This document shows, one piece after another, positions 51,552 to 64,000 of a stretch of DNA of 64,000 bases. The DNA is from Kondoa subrosea (lineage: Eukaryota). The position numbers were made by a program, and so were the translations under genes. The notes under the pieces were generated by a model. That model ran no database searches and had not been told where the DNA came from. It saw nothing but the letters and a program-made list of their open reading frames with translations. How positions within the stretch are numbered: position 1 is the first letter of the stretch; every line of letters begins with the position of its first letter. The stretch lies in contig BCIN01000002.1 in the NCBI GenBank assembly GCA_039545335.1, positions 3,267,564 through 3,331,563 on the forward strand. Direction: 5' to 3'.

Positions 51552-52018
51552 GTCTACAACAGAAGAGAAGGAAAGGTATACTGGTAGTACAGGATAAGAA
51601 GCTTCGCTCATACATGAGCAGTACGTTACGAAGGCAGAAGACAACACAGCACGGAAAAGAACAGGAGTCCGAGTGTTTGACATTCAAAGAAAGAAACCAT
51701 ATTCGCGATAGCTGCATATTACTTGTTGCTATCAACACTGGACACAAACGTGTCCCCAATGAGATTCGAAGGCCAGAGAGCACTTCGAAAGATCAGATTG
51801 CCGAATTGCTGTTTTCAGATCGTTCTGCCTCAATCCTCTTCGCCTGTGTCTTGCTTCTCTGCCGCTTGATGGCCTCGCATTCGAAAGACTGGCAGGCCGG
51901 CTTCATGCTAGCCGCATAATTGTTGATGAATCGTTTCGGAGCAAGGGTCGTCTTGATACAGTCACATCAGCACAAGCGAAGCCGTCGGATCGCTTGGACG
52001 CCAGTCAGCGCATCCAGC

Positions 52019-54101
52019 ATGGCCATCTCAGCTCCCAATACAGCTCAAGCACAAGCTTCTGCTTCGCTCGAGCATGCTGAGCTGTTACTGCTCTCAACCA
52101 ATCTAGCAAAGACCAAGCGTCAAACAGTGAAAGCTACTGCAATGCTTACTTCTTTCGATGATCGTCTAGCCAAATTAGAGAAGAGCGTGGTTTCCATTCA
52201 CAAATCCCAGATCGGTCTTAGCAGAGTAAACACAAACATTTCAGCTTTACTTGAAGCTATCGATGTTCTGTTATCGCATCATGATCTCGTCGAGAAGGAG
52301 GAAGCTACAATAGCTCGAGGGCCTAGATTGAGCAACTTGGAGGCTTATAAGGATGCGATAGATAGATTGGTTGAAGCTTCAGAAGCTTTAAAACGAGCTG
52401 GTGCAGGTAGCGGAGGGTTGAGTGGATTGGTCGGCCAGCAAAGAGACCATGATGCTACTACCAAACGCATGAACAGCGCTATTGAACAAGGTGCTCGTCA
52501 ACTCGGTCAAGTGTTTCTGGGATATGCAAGAGAAGGTTCTCAAGCTTCAGAAGGCTCTATAGCTCCTGCTTTACTGGAGAAAATGTCTTCCCTTCTGTCG
52601 TATCTGCACAAATTACCTACTTCTGCTCTAGGTGGATTGGGCAAAGAGTTACAGAAGACTTATGGCACGATTCGCGAAACGCATATGGCCAGTATCATGG
52701 AATCTATGTCGACTGAAGCTATTGAGAACTGCAAGATTGGAATTACAGTTGGTGCGACAACGTTCTCAACTATTATTGTTCGATTCTTTGCGATGGCCAA
52801 GGTTAGATATATCCCTTTGCATGATGAAGAGTATTTCTGATTAGACGCCCAGTCCGAACATGCTTTAGCCTCATCTATCTTTCCAGCTTATTCTTCCAAC
52901 TTTATCTATAAATTCATCATTCCTGCTTCACTTCTTGTCTTGACCGAAACGGGCACAGCTATCAACAATATGATCAAACGATCCATCACCACAACCGTAG
53001 CTATAGCTTTCAATATCTTTGACACGCTCTCTCAGCATGTGGATATGTTCGATGAATGGGTCAGACAAAAAGCGAGCAGGAAGGAGAATGAATTAGGCGA
53101 CTTGTTGCATGCTTTTAGAGGAAGCTGTTTGCGCAGTTTACCGGAAATGATTGAGGAAGTCAAGAGCTGGGGTAGTAAAGCTTTGTCGACGCAAGATTCT
53201 GCTTTCGGTGGAATTGGTGACATGACAAAAAACGTATGTAATCTCTCAATACTACCTGTCTGATGGTTTGTTGACCAGACTTGAAATAGGTCATTTTATT
53301 CATGAACCAGCTTTGTGATAATCAGGATACAGCAGAAACTCTCTTACAAACCTTAGGTGATGGTAATTGGGTTCCTTTCGGCACTGTCTCATCCAATCGA
53401 CCTCAAATCGATGTCAACCAAACGCTTTTAGAGAAATACTTGGGCGATTTACTTTCTACCCTTCTTACTGCTTTAGACACTCGATCTAGGTATATGAAAC
53501 AAGCTCGAAGCAATGTTGGACCAATCTTCTTACTCAACAATATTTCATACTTGCGTCGTGAAATCCTATCTTCCCAAATTGGTGATCTCCTTGGGGAAAC
53601 AGCAGAAGATGACCTCAACAAACGCAACAGATCAGCCAAAGCCTCTTATATGGAACTCTTTTCTGGTTTGGTTGGTTGTTTGATGGATGCAGCTCATGAT
53701 CAAGGATTATTGAAATCAGCCGTTTCTGGTGCTGTGGGAGGTGAAAAGAGGGATGTGAAAGATCGATTTGCGAGGTTCAACGATGCGTTGCAAGAGGTGG
53801 AGAATGTACATCGCTTGGCTAGATTAGATGCTGGTGAAGATGAGATGAGAGAAAGATTAAAGGGCGAAGTAGAGAAGATGATTATGCGTGAGTCAGACCA
53901 AGCTGTGCATGATTTTATACTCATATCGTGGGTCTCAGCTACATATGGCAAATTTGCAAGCAGAAATGAAGCTTCTATGGCCAAAAGTAGGTTTGCTCAC
54001 TTTTGAGTCTGCAATTAGCTAAATCTACCCTAGCTGCAACTAAGTATGGCGCTTTGGATGTCGATAGCGTTCAAAATCGTTTGGCAGCACTATTTGAATG
54101 A
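52019..54101 (+). CDS. EXO70: Exocyst complex subunit Exo70
   Basis: LTSFDDRLAKLEKSV, FRGSCLRSLPEMIEEVK, LQTLGDGNW, IFLLNNISY and VKDRFARFNDALQEV. Confidence 0.93.
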
Positions 54102-54935
54102 TCGTCTTTGGTCCAAGACCGGCTGAGTTCAGCGACTGGCGGTCCAATTAACTTCTGCATCAGACGTTCGACCAAGAGAATTAGCTGCAATTGACATTTC
54201 GCTGATACTATTGGTTCTGCATTACAGCCAGCGCCTACTGTCCGCGTCTTTCTATTCTCCCAAACTCGAACTATTGGAATCTCGAATATAGCACCTCTTA
54301 ACGTAATCTCAGGGGATACAGAGGATACAAGGACTCGATTGCATGCTTTTAGCCGTGTCAGAGCCGGCTGGCAAGCTGTTAGAAAAACGGACTTCCCGAA
54401 TTTCTGGGATGTGGACGAAAAATATGGCGGCGCAAGTTCTGGATGAGCTTTCTCTTGCAGTATGTTCTGATACGGGTCGACGGTACAGTGCACTCGTTGA
54501 TGTTCGTCCTGTAAGCCGTCGCAACAGAATCTGGTCAACGTCGAAGACACTTAATTAATATTCTTTGTCGCTTCCTATAAGGCTGCATGAATCGCCGGCG
54601 TCTGTCACTCTCGGTAGTGCATTGGTCCTGCACGCTGCATGAAGTCAGTTTGCAATATCGGCTTTTCTTTGTCATCACAAATCATGGGGAAAAAATTGTG
54701 ATGTCTCTGCTCTTTATGCACAAAGTTTCCCGACCTTTACCTTCCGCAGCCTTCCGCTCTGCAATTCACAATTATCACATCTCTCGCGTGCTTCGTTCCC
54801 GCCCGGATGTCCTTTGTTTGCCTTTCTGCACCTATTTATGCGTTGTCCATTTGTGCACAATTTTCGTGCGCGTCAAAATGATCACATTTGACGCACATTC
54901 GCGCACTCCTATCTTTCCCGGTTCATCTTGTACGC

Positions 54936-54943
54936 GTATAAAA
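54936..54943 (+). promoter_or_regulatory. TATA box candidate
   Basis: GTATAAAA about 55 bp upstream of the ATG at 54996, followed by a CT-rich tract. Confidence 0.5.
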
Positions 54944-54995
54944 GCCTGCAACCTTTTTCTTCTTCCTTCTTCCTCTACATCAACTTTTCAGCAAC

Positions 54996-55634
54996 ATGAA
55001 ATTCACTTCCGCACTTTTCGCTATCTCTACTCTTGCATTCTCTGTCGCTGCAGATGCTTCAGGCTGCTACATGAACGCAGGCACCAGACTAGCTCAATGC
55101 CTTGGCATTGGCTCTGACTGCTCCAAGTTGAAGAACCCGTGCTATGGTATTGACAACTTACGTGAAGAAGCTCAATGTACGTGGCCACTCATTAACGGAA
55201 GACATGGATAATACTGATCTCCATCTGCAGGCCACTGCAACTGGTAGTACGTTAAAAGCACTTCGGACGCAAATACTTGTTTGCTCAAGTTCATTCTTCT
55301 CTCCCTTCAGTTCCAAAGCCGCTGCTTGCTGGAAAGAGGGAATCTGCTGCACTGAATACCCAGCTCATGTATGTGTATAAGACTGTTCTAACTTTTCATC
55401 GGCTAATTCTTCTTCTGTGTCTTTTAGGCTGCCGGTCAGTCTTCTTCTCCTTCTACAATTCTAAATCGTACAGTAGTTGATGTCGATCCCTGTCAATGCG
55501 ATTTAGGTGCCGCTCGTGTCTGCTCACTTGCCAAATCCGACAATCTCTCTGAATCTGCTCTGAAATCTGCTGTCAACAAGGCTCAATATGTTGTTGATGT
55601 ACGTCAGGGCTTCTTTCGCAGCACTTCCGTCTAG
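54996..55634 (+). CDS. Small secreted Cys-rich protein, multi-exon
   Basis: Signal peptide MKFTSALFAISTLAFSVAA and about 9 Cys spread over short exons. Last exon AARVCSLAK...RSTSV*. Confidence 0.75.
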
Positions 55635-56177
55635 CTTACGGGATTGTTTTCAGGTTACCTGTCATAATGATGTCAGTACATTTTGATTGTAGAAACATTG
55701 CAGATACTCAATATCTTCTCTTTTTAAGTGCGGATATGATATACCTTGCCTCGATGGCCAGCCTGAACCACATCATCCTCATGGGTATGTTCTTCTTTTC
55801 ACTCATATATCGCATTTGCTTATTAATTGCGTTGGACAGCGGCAACTGCCAAGCTGGTAGCTAGTAAGGCGTTGCTCCACTATCTCAGACAACCTGCTAA
55901 TTAAGCGCACAGCATCTTCAATGGTAAATGCACCGGACGAAGACGTTGCTGAGCGAGACTTCGCATTCGTTCATTTTTTGGGTTCTTCCATTGGAATTGT
56001 ATAATAGTAACACCGCAATAGATGCAACACACTCGTTATATAGACTTCCTTCTTGACTCCGACCTGGCCTTGAGAACACGTCTTCGCCGGTCAACAAGCG
56101 GCCGAACGCAAAAGGCTTCTAGCAAACGCACCTCTCTTCTCAAGACCATTACCATTCTCATTGCTCAAACTTCAAAT

Positions 56178-58148
56178 ATGGCTACACTAAGTATGCTATC
56201 ACCACTTACAGCCTCACCTACACTATCGCACGGTTCCAGCTCATTCGATGAGTCAACTTTCGATGATTGGCTATTACCCGCCGAATCGCAGCAACAGCCA
56301 GCACAAGACGCTCAAATTGCCATACAGGACCCAAGCAACAACTTCGCAGGTGTAGACATGGGCGAGTTCTTCAGGTGAGATCCCGTTTTCGGATAGTGGC
56401 ACAGTTCGGCGATGTGCTTACTCAGCCCTGCAATGACAGACAATACATGGCTACAGATAAGACACCAATGGCTACTGAAGCTATGGACTACTCTACTGCC
56501 TCCCTCTTCCCGTCTTTAAACACTTTGGACGCTCCCAGCTTTGACCCAAGTTTCTCTATTGACCCTGTACTGGTCGACTCTTCTGCTGCTTGTACTTCTT
56601 CTCACTCACCTTTCGACTCTCTACCTGCTCAACCTTCTTCTTCTTCGCAATCACCCTTTGCATTCCCGTCGATTCAGAATGATGTTGATATGTTCCAGCA
56701 ACAAGCCGAAAGAGAGCAAAGTGAAGAAATGAAAGACGAAGCTGATGATCTGTTGGCACCTCTGCCAGCACCTGAACCAGTAGTTATAGTCACTCCACCC
56801 ACAACAAGAGCAAAAGGCAAGGGTCGAACTACTCGAAATAGCAAACCTTCAGTAGCTGAACTCGTCTTACCTGGTTCTTCTATTCCTTCTACCATTAAAC
56901 CAACTGCTTCTACTTCGAAAGAGTTGGATACTAGCACTGGTCACAAATTGCCTCACATCGTTTTTCCAGTCAGTGCTGCCATTTCCATTATTAGAGTTGA
57001 GCGCTAATGCCTTGTATTCAGGTACCTGATTACATCGATCGACCTAGCGCGGAAGATTACAAGAAGATGAACAGCAAAGAGAAGAGACAGTTGAGGAATA
57101 AGATATCTGCTCGTAATTTCAGACATCGCAGGAAGGGTCAGTAGACTTCTGAAACGTGCTTCAACAAGCTCATTCTCAATGACAAACTGACAGAATACAT
57201 CACTACCCTGGAAGAAGAGATTGCATCGCGCGACACTACCATTTCTACACTTCAAGAAGAGATGACTGGTCTTAGAGTAGAAAACTCTTCCCTTCGCACC
57301 GATCTTGATGCTCTCAAAGCCACGTTTGAGCAACTCATGGCGAAACATCTCCCTTCCACTGTTCCTTCTGAAAACACTCCTCCGCGACCTCGTTCACCTC
57401 TAATCAAGCCCAACTTTGCCAAAGATCGGTCAGCCAACTTCGGTCCAGGCGGCATGTCGGGTCTTACCTCCAACATTGGCGTACATACCACTTTGGTCCC
57501 GAGTCCGGCCTCCGTCTTTTTGCAAAAGAACATGAACCCTCGTCTAAACAATGTCGATCTAACTTCTGCTCACACTTCTCACCTCTCCACTCCACTCAAC
57601 CAATCTGATTCTTTCTTCGCTTCAAATCCATACTCACTCTTTGGTTCTCAAAACAATCAATCTCCTCTGGATCGCTATCGCGGTCAACTGTATAGCAAAT
57701 TGGCTCACAACATTGTTGGCTCGAAATTATCTCCTGCAGAACAAGCTTCTTTCAGACCTAGCTTCTTCTCTTCTCCTCCTTCCAGCCCAACAGACGAAAG
57801 TGTGGCACACGATGTGGAAGAAGTAGTTAAAGACCAAACGGCCTTCGTTGCTTCTGTTGCTAAACAAACTTTGGCTACCGGTCTATGGGTTAGTCCTCGA
57901 CATTATTCATTAGTGAAAATCAGCTGATTTGTTGCGATATTTAGAACCATTTCTGGACCGCTTTCTCATCAAGCGATTCCAATGTTGCTGATGTGTTGAG
58001 TGGAAGAGCGCAATTGAAAGTCGTACCTGTGGCTCAGAAATCGCAAGCAAAGATTGAAGACTTGGAATCCGCTGTCGAATCGCTAAGTTTGACTCCTTCA
58101 GCTAGCGGAAGTAAAGGGTTTGGGTTCAACAATTGGAGAAAAGCTTGA
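56178..58148 (+). CDS. bZIP transcription factor
   Basis: PSAEDYKKMNSKEKRQLRNKISARNFRHRRK/EYITTLEEEI...LRVENSSLRTDL, a basic region plus leucine zipper. Confidence 0.9.
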
Positions 58149-58347
58149 GATGTGGACAATAGTATCTTTCGAATGCTTGTGTATATAAACTGCAAGAGGT
58201 TGAGGAAAGAAATGTAAAGTCATTACTCAAACTTGTCTCGCCTCGCCAATTGCTTTGGAGATTGTCATTGTCTCTCTTTTTCACACCAGTGAACCCTTTA
58301 AATTGCGTAACGAATAATTTTATGTATCTACACCTCTATACATCAAT

Positions 58348-61033
58348 CTACCACTCAAACGACTCCGAGAAGAACTCAATAGGATCGTTGTTCGCTGCAA
58401 CAAGAGACTCAGCTGCGAGTCACGATAGAAAAATAAAGAGACTTACTTGACAGCAGAGCAACGCAAGCTTTCCTGCAATCATCAATCAATTGACCAGGAC
58501 CGCAACTGACTACTGCTAAGCTGCCAGCAGCTTGAGCATCCATTTGAATCAATGAAGCAATCGAATCGGCTTCTTCAGCAATTTCATTCCTCATCGAAGC
58601 AACAGAAGGTCTTCTTCCATAAGTTCGACACACGTTGACATTGGTTATGAAAGGGAAATCGTCATAGATGCTTTTCCTAGGTTTCTTTTCCGCACTTAAA
58701 GTAGCAACGGAATCGAATCTTGGTCTTTTGATTTCATTGTTTGCATCTGGATTGAAAGTGTTTCCCGCTCCGCCAAAGACATAAGCTGGTTGAGGTGCAG
58801 TAATGCCAAAGGAGTATTCAAGAGGTGTTAGACTGACTGCCATTGGTGCTGGTCGAGGTGATGGTGCAGTGATGAAAATATCGATTTGAATCTTTGGGTT
58901 TTCGGTCGCAATGTCTTCTACTAAAGCATAAAGACCTTTGGCTTGATTTTCGTCACGGAAGATGATGATCAGATGAATATTGGCATGTTTTCCGTTTGAA
59001 AGATTTCTTGCATGACCCGTAACTGCTGTTATACCGATTCCAGCGCTGATCAAGGTGATATTGTCCCAATTCTGCAGAGGTAGGCCATGACCGTATGGAC
59101 CTTCGATAAAACATGTATGTTGTCCTCCAGCTTTGGCCAAATTGAACAGTTGCTGGGTAACGCCTTTCCCAGGTTTAATCATCATCTTGAGCACTGGTGA
59201 ATCATCCAGTTTCATTCCATTTGTGAGAGTAGAGCCGCTCATGTTATCTTTTGATAAAGAAGGTGATTCGTAGCTGAGAACGGAGAAAGGATGGGATTGA
59301 AGATCTGTTCACAATCATCAGCAGATTGTCATCTGGTATTCAATTCGGACATACAGCGATGAGAACCTCCAAAGCTCAAATAGACGTATTGACCAGGTAC
59401 GTAGGTCCAATTTCGAGCAAGACGAACATCAATTTGCATATAACCAGATTCATGAGCATGAACAGTAGCTTTCGAAGTGATGAGACCATTCTTGGTAATC
59501 TTGAGATTGTACCAGCAAATACGGAAGAAGCGGATGAGACGATCAGAAGCCCAAATACAGACTGCCGCTAAACACCAATTGCAAAGTGATGACCATTTGC
59601 TATCGAGTTTTCTGCCGCTGGACTGATTGTTAGTACCGAGTTTGCAGCAGATGCTCGCGACTGCTTACTGTTGACGGATATGAAGCCAGGTACCCGCAAG
59701 CCAGAAAACAGCCAGAACAATGTGCTGCATAATTAGATCAGTAATCTGGCTAAAAGATGTTCTTTGAAGGCTTACAATGACCAAAAAGAGTTCATAGGCC
59801 ATTCGACGGAAGAAATGTACAGCTTGGAATACTATCAAGCAGCCACAGATAGTTGCGATGGTTCCATAGCGTAGATGCCAATTGGTGTATGCTATTATTC
59901 AGTATTAGTTTGACACGCTAAACACACAGCCGATCATAAGAAACTGACCAGTAGCGAGCGAAATGTTCTCGTTGTCAAAGACTACCAAATAGAGAAGACT
60001 GTGAATGACTGCTTGCACAACAGCTACTCTTGCTACCCAACGATGAAAGCAGTTGAACGTCGCAAAGCTCGAACCGGTGATCCAGATGAGTGCGTTATTG
60101 CGAGAAGAGAAGATGAGAAGTAGAGGCAAGTTGTCTGGACGACAAATATAAGATTTTCGTCATTGAAGGGAAAAAGCGGAAAACGACTTACAAACAGCCA
60201 TAACACCAGTTTTATCAGCGAGATACTTGATTGCTTGCGCTGTATGATTTCCAGGATAATCGAGATGATCATCGAAGGTGACGATACCCCATGTGCAGGC
60301 CAAAATATTGATAACAATGTAAGAAAAGACCAAAAGAGTTTGAGCTCGAGTTGGCATAGAAAAAGCAAAGCTTCTGAAATGAGGTTTGCTGTTTTTTGTG
60401 AGACCAGGCATGAGTACAAGTCTTTTGAAGTTGACGCTGATCCAAGATGCTTTTCCTGAAGAAGAACCATCTGTTTGAATTGTATGGTGTGATTTGAGGG
60501 AGAGCCAGCGATAACGAAGTGCTGCCAATGATGCTGCTAGCAAGAAGGCTTGCAAGATAACAACACTGAAGATAGAAGTGAAGGTGTATGTAACGAGTTT
60601 TGTGGTTTCTATTGTACGTTGAGCATTGCTGAAGGTTGAATCGGAAAAGACAATCGGGATTTCTAGTGCAGATGAAACATCTGAAGGTTCTTGAACTGAA
60701 TGTGCTTGAGCGTTGCTTAGAGTGTAGTCGAAATCAGGTCCATTGCTGTATAACGAACTCCAAAGGGTTGCTGGCTTGTTGCAATGAGCGTTCAGGCACA
60801 AAGCAATTGTCTCTTGAACTTGGGACAGATTGTCAGCTATTGCAATACTGGTAAGTCCATGAGATATTGTGACAGATCAGCAACTTACTGCACGCTGCTC
60901 GTTGGTTTTCTTCACACCCTGCCCATGTAAACCCCTTGATTGCCTTCGCGCATGACTTGGAACATATCTCATCCGGAGTATAAGCAAGAACCAGTGCCGT
61001 CGAGGCTGATAGTAATAATAAAAAGCGATTCAT
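58348..61033 (-). CDS. Ferric/cupric reductase (FRE family)
   Basis: Signal peptide and Cys-rich N-terminus, then RNNALIWITG.SF.TFNCFHRWVAR...H, YELFLVI/H, PGTWSIRL, QSHPFS, IEGPYG, SAGIGIT, SCGPGQLID and FFSESFEW*. Confidence 0.93.
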
Positions 61034-62008
61034 GACCAGATGAATCCAAAGTCGAAAAACGAAAGTCTACGAATGAAAGCGAGTGGAGGAGTTGAAAGAG
61101 AGAGAGGAAGATGGAGGAAACATTGTACACAGTCCGGTGCATTATCCACATCCACAAAAGATCCACCAGCCAATGCCCGAAAAAGGTAAATGTCAAGGGA
61201 TCTGCAATCCGGTTTAGGGAATTTCAGAAATAAGGCTGGACCTTGCTTGCTGCCGCTGATAATTGGGTCGAGATACATCAGAGGCTTTGCAGAACGCGTT
61301 GCACGTCATGTTTCAGCATGTATAAATGGCAAAGACGAAATATTGGGAAATAAAATTCATCGATTGACAATAGTACAGTCGTGCTGCCAAGCGGCAGGCA
61401 AGAGGTACTAGCAGCATTCGAGCGGTCTTGTAACCTTCAGACGGGTTGCAGGCTGTACTAGCATAAGTCCAAAGTTGCTCGTCAAGGTGGAAAATGCCGA
61501 CTATTGTTTCAAACGATTCGCCAGCTATTCCGTCACGATGAAACGTGCTGGCGCCTTTTCTAGAGGCGAGACTAATAAAAGGCGGAAGAATGCAGTGGAA
61601 AAGGGTGCCGTTCATGAAGCAGGATCACCTGCAGACAGCGAATTGTCCATTCGGTCTACTGAATCTTTTTGGGATATTCGCGATGAAGCAAACAAGCTTC
61701 ATGTACACCCGTGTCTGTCTAGAAAAGGACTATTGGCTCATGTGGATTGGAAGTAGACCTATTTCTTTCCTTTCAATGCTGTTTTGAACATTCTGCTCTG
61801 CTCCTCTACTTCTTTTCTACCTTTTATGCTTCAGAGATACTTATAGCTATGCTGTGACACTATCGGACTGGAAGAACTGGGTCTTGTTTGCCGTCTCGAC
61901 TCACTGGAAATTCTCAACATTGTTCTTCTGAAGGCACTGCTCGACAAATTTGCTCCCGGTTTCATTGTTGTCCTCCTACTATTCTGAGACTTTCTGAATA
62001 TTTGCAGA

Positions 62009-64000
62009 ATGGAGACCCCACGACACGCCCAGCAGCAAGAAGGTCGTCCACAGCATGGAGTTTTACAGGATTTAATTGCTCCAGCGTCTCATTTGAACAA
62101 GCTAGGCCCTCTTGGACCAACAAGAGAAGCTTCGATTGGCTCTCATTCAGCGCATCCAGCAGGTCAAGCACAAGCATTTTCGCATTTACCGAAGAAGAAA
62201 GATTCGATGACCGATTCGCATCCCTCTCAAACTCAGCATAATCTTGATCTGAAGCTGTTCCCCCTGACTCAGCAGGGACCTCATCGTGACCAGCATATGC
62301 ATCGCGCCCTCGTAAACGAACACGAACAACAAGAAACTAGAGCTAATCTTCTTCCCTTTCAACATAAAGATGATTTGAATGTCAAGCAACATCAGCGCTC
62401 CAAAGATATTGTTGATCCCGGCGCAGAAGAGATCAGAGTCAGCGAAAGACCTCACACTGGTGTTGGCGAAGCCATTGTAGCTTTTTCAGAGCATACTCAT
62501 CCTGTCAAGCCTGTCAAACCTACCCATGGTGGTCTCAAAGCGCAACAAGAGGTACAGTGAGTCATTTTTTGCCCTTGTTGAATTCATTGTTCAGTGATAT
62601 TGCCCTTTCTACAGCTTACCATCCAACGCTCGACATGTTGCAATCAATGGCACAAATTCCGAGCTTTATGCTCAGACTCACTATCCAGGCAAGGATGCAT
62701 ATCATCCAAATGCACAATCAGCTGGACAGCAACAAGCTTATCCTCCATCTAATACTGATATGCTCAAGCCGCAAGATCCGCTTGTCGCTTCACATCAGCA
62801 TATCAACCTGTATGCGCTCGCGCATGAAGCCAAGGACCAGCCTCACACTTATCAAGCTCTCCTTACCGCGCCGATTGATCACACAAAGAATGAAAAGTCC
62901 AAACCCACTCCTGTTTCGGATGTCTCTCCTAATCACGGAAGTCGACCACCATTCGATCAGCAGCATAGCTCTGAAGCAGTGCAGACCATTCATCAGACAA
63001 CACAACACGGTCAGAAGCCACCAGGAACAGAACCCAATCATAATCGAGCAGATGAAAGGGAACCATTCCACGGAGCCGCTATTGGCCCTATAACTTTCCT
63101 GCCCTCTCAATCCGGTGCACAGAATGCGAAGCAGGAGCTTAGACCGGCAACTCATGTTCCACAACACGTGCCTGCTGCAAAGAAGGTCGAGTCGAAAGCG
63201 ATCGCATCCATCGAAACAGTCTGCCAGCACACTGAAGCCGCACAGTTTGGTCTAGCTTCATCAACTCTCGGACCAATACCCTCTGCATCAGCTCAAAAAA
63301 AGAACCAGCAACTTGCGGATCAGCAACATGCATTAGCCAATCAGCAGCTACAGCAGCCGCATCAGAAAATTTTGCAGCAGCAACAGCACCATAAAGGCAA
63401 CTATCTAGCTCCAGGCTATAAGCAAACCCAGAAGCCTTATCTTTCGCATCAGAACATGGGTTACAACAGTAATCCAAGTCAGAACTTTCATCATGGCAAC
63501 GGTATGATACCTCAATCGGCTTTGGGATACAATCAAGGCGCGATGGGGATGAATATGCCTCAGTCGTACATGAACGGATATGCTCAACAAGGCTTCCCAA
63601 TGTCTCAACAGAATGCCATGATGCCAATGCAGCCTAACGGAATGCCAATTCCGGGTGGAATGCCACCTCAAATGCCTATAGGCGGTTCGTCAGCACTCCC
63701 TCCTTCGCAACCTTTTGCTGGCGGTTCAGCTGCTCCTTTCAATACTGGCATGCCCCCGATGTCTAACGAGATGGGTCCTTCTTCTATGCCTCCAGGAGGA
63801 GATCAATTTGGTGCTCCTCCATCTGCTTTTCCTCCACGATCTGATCCAGCAGGCTTCCCTTCAAACCATTCGAACAACATGCCTTCTAAACCTGGAGTGC
63901 TGCCTTCCATGCCGGCTGATAATAGGATTAAACCCGCTACGGATAGTGATAGATCCAGAAGTATGCCTGGTCATGATCTCCATCCTGAGGAAGACGCTGT
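62009..64000 (+). CDS. Hypothetical Q/H/P/M-rich disordered protein, 5' part (runs off the window)
   Basis: 183-aa exon, an intron at ~62557-62614, then a frame open to the window end (LPSNARHVAING...QQQQHHK...MPPQMP...HPEEDA). Confidence 0.7.

Noticed and set aside
54071..54550. 159-aa minus-strand ORF overlapping the EXO70 3' end
   Set aside because: Non-ATG start, no motif and no convincing exon structure.
61034..61900. GATA-type iron-repression sites upstream of the ferric reductase
   Set aside because: Only scattered GATAA hexamers are present, no more than expected by chance.

Overview
Eukaryotic, gene-dense, very intron-rich fungal DNA (short ~50-nt GT..AG introns with CTRAC-type branch points, many micro-exons). 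The gene structure suggests a basidiomycete; this is inference and the taxon cannot be fixed from the window. About 28 spliced genes or fragments can be read. Recognisable ones are: partial ADH, ESF2/ABT1, a secreted DPBB + Cys-repeat protein, a BDH-like dehydrogenase, STS1/Cut8, DOT1, PLAC8, an F-box-like protein, an Ady2-type transporter, URC4, DUF4188, a SprT/GCNA-like protease, PAP2, eIF2A, GST-kappa, fatty alcohol oxidase, a tandem GNAT, EXO70, a small secreted Cys-rich protein, a bZIP factor and a ferric reductase. The most unusual region is ~28.25-39.14 kb, an ~11-kb block that interrupts a PAP2 lipid-phosphatase gene. It holds three apparently intact genes: a Set9-like SET gene with a rewritten NHxC motif, and a divergent pair of orphans, one with a UBA-like N-terminus. 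It also holds decayed fragments of ACC1, UBR1 and a second PAP2 paralog. It resembles a gene-capturing mobile or accessory island, but I could not identify a transposase or terminal repeats. Exon boundaries were read by eye and are approximate. No rRNA, tRNA or CRISPR array was seen.
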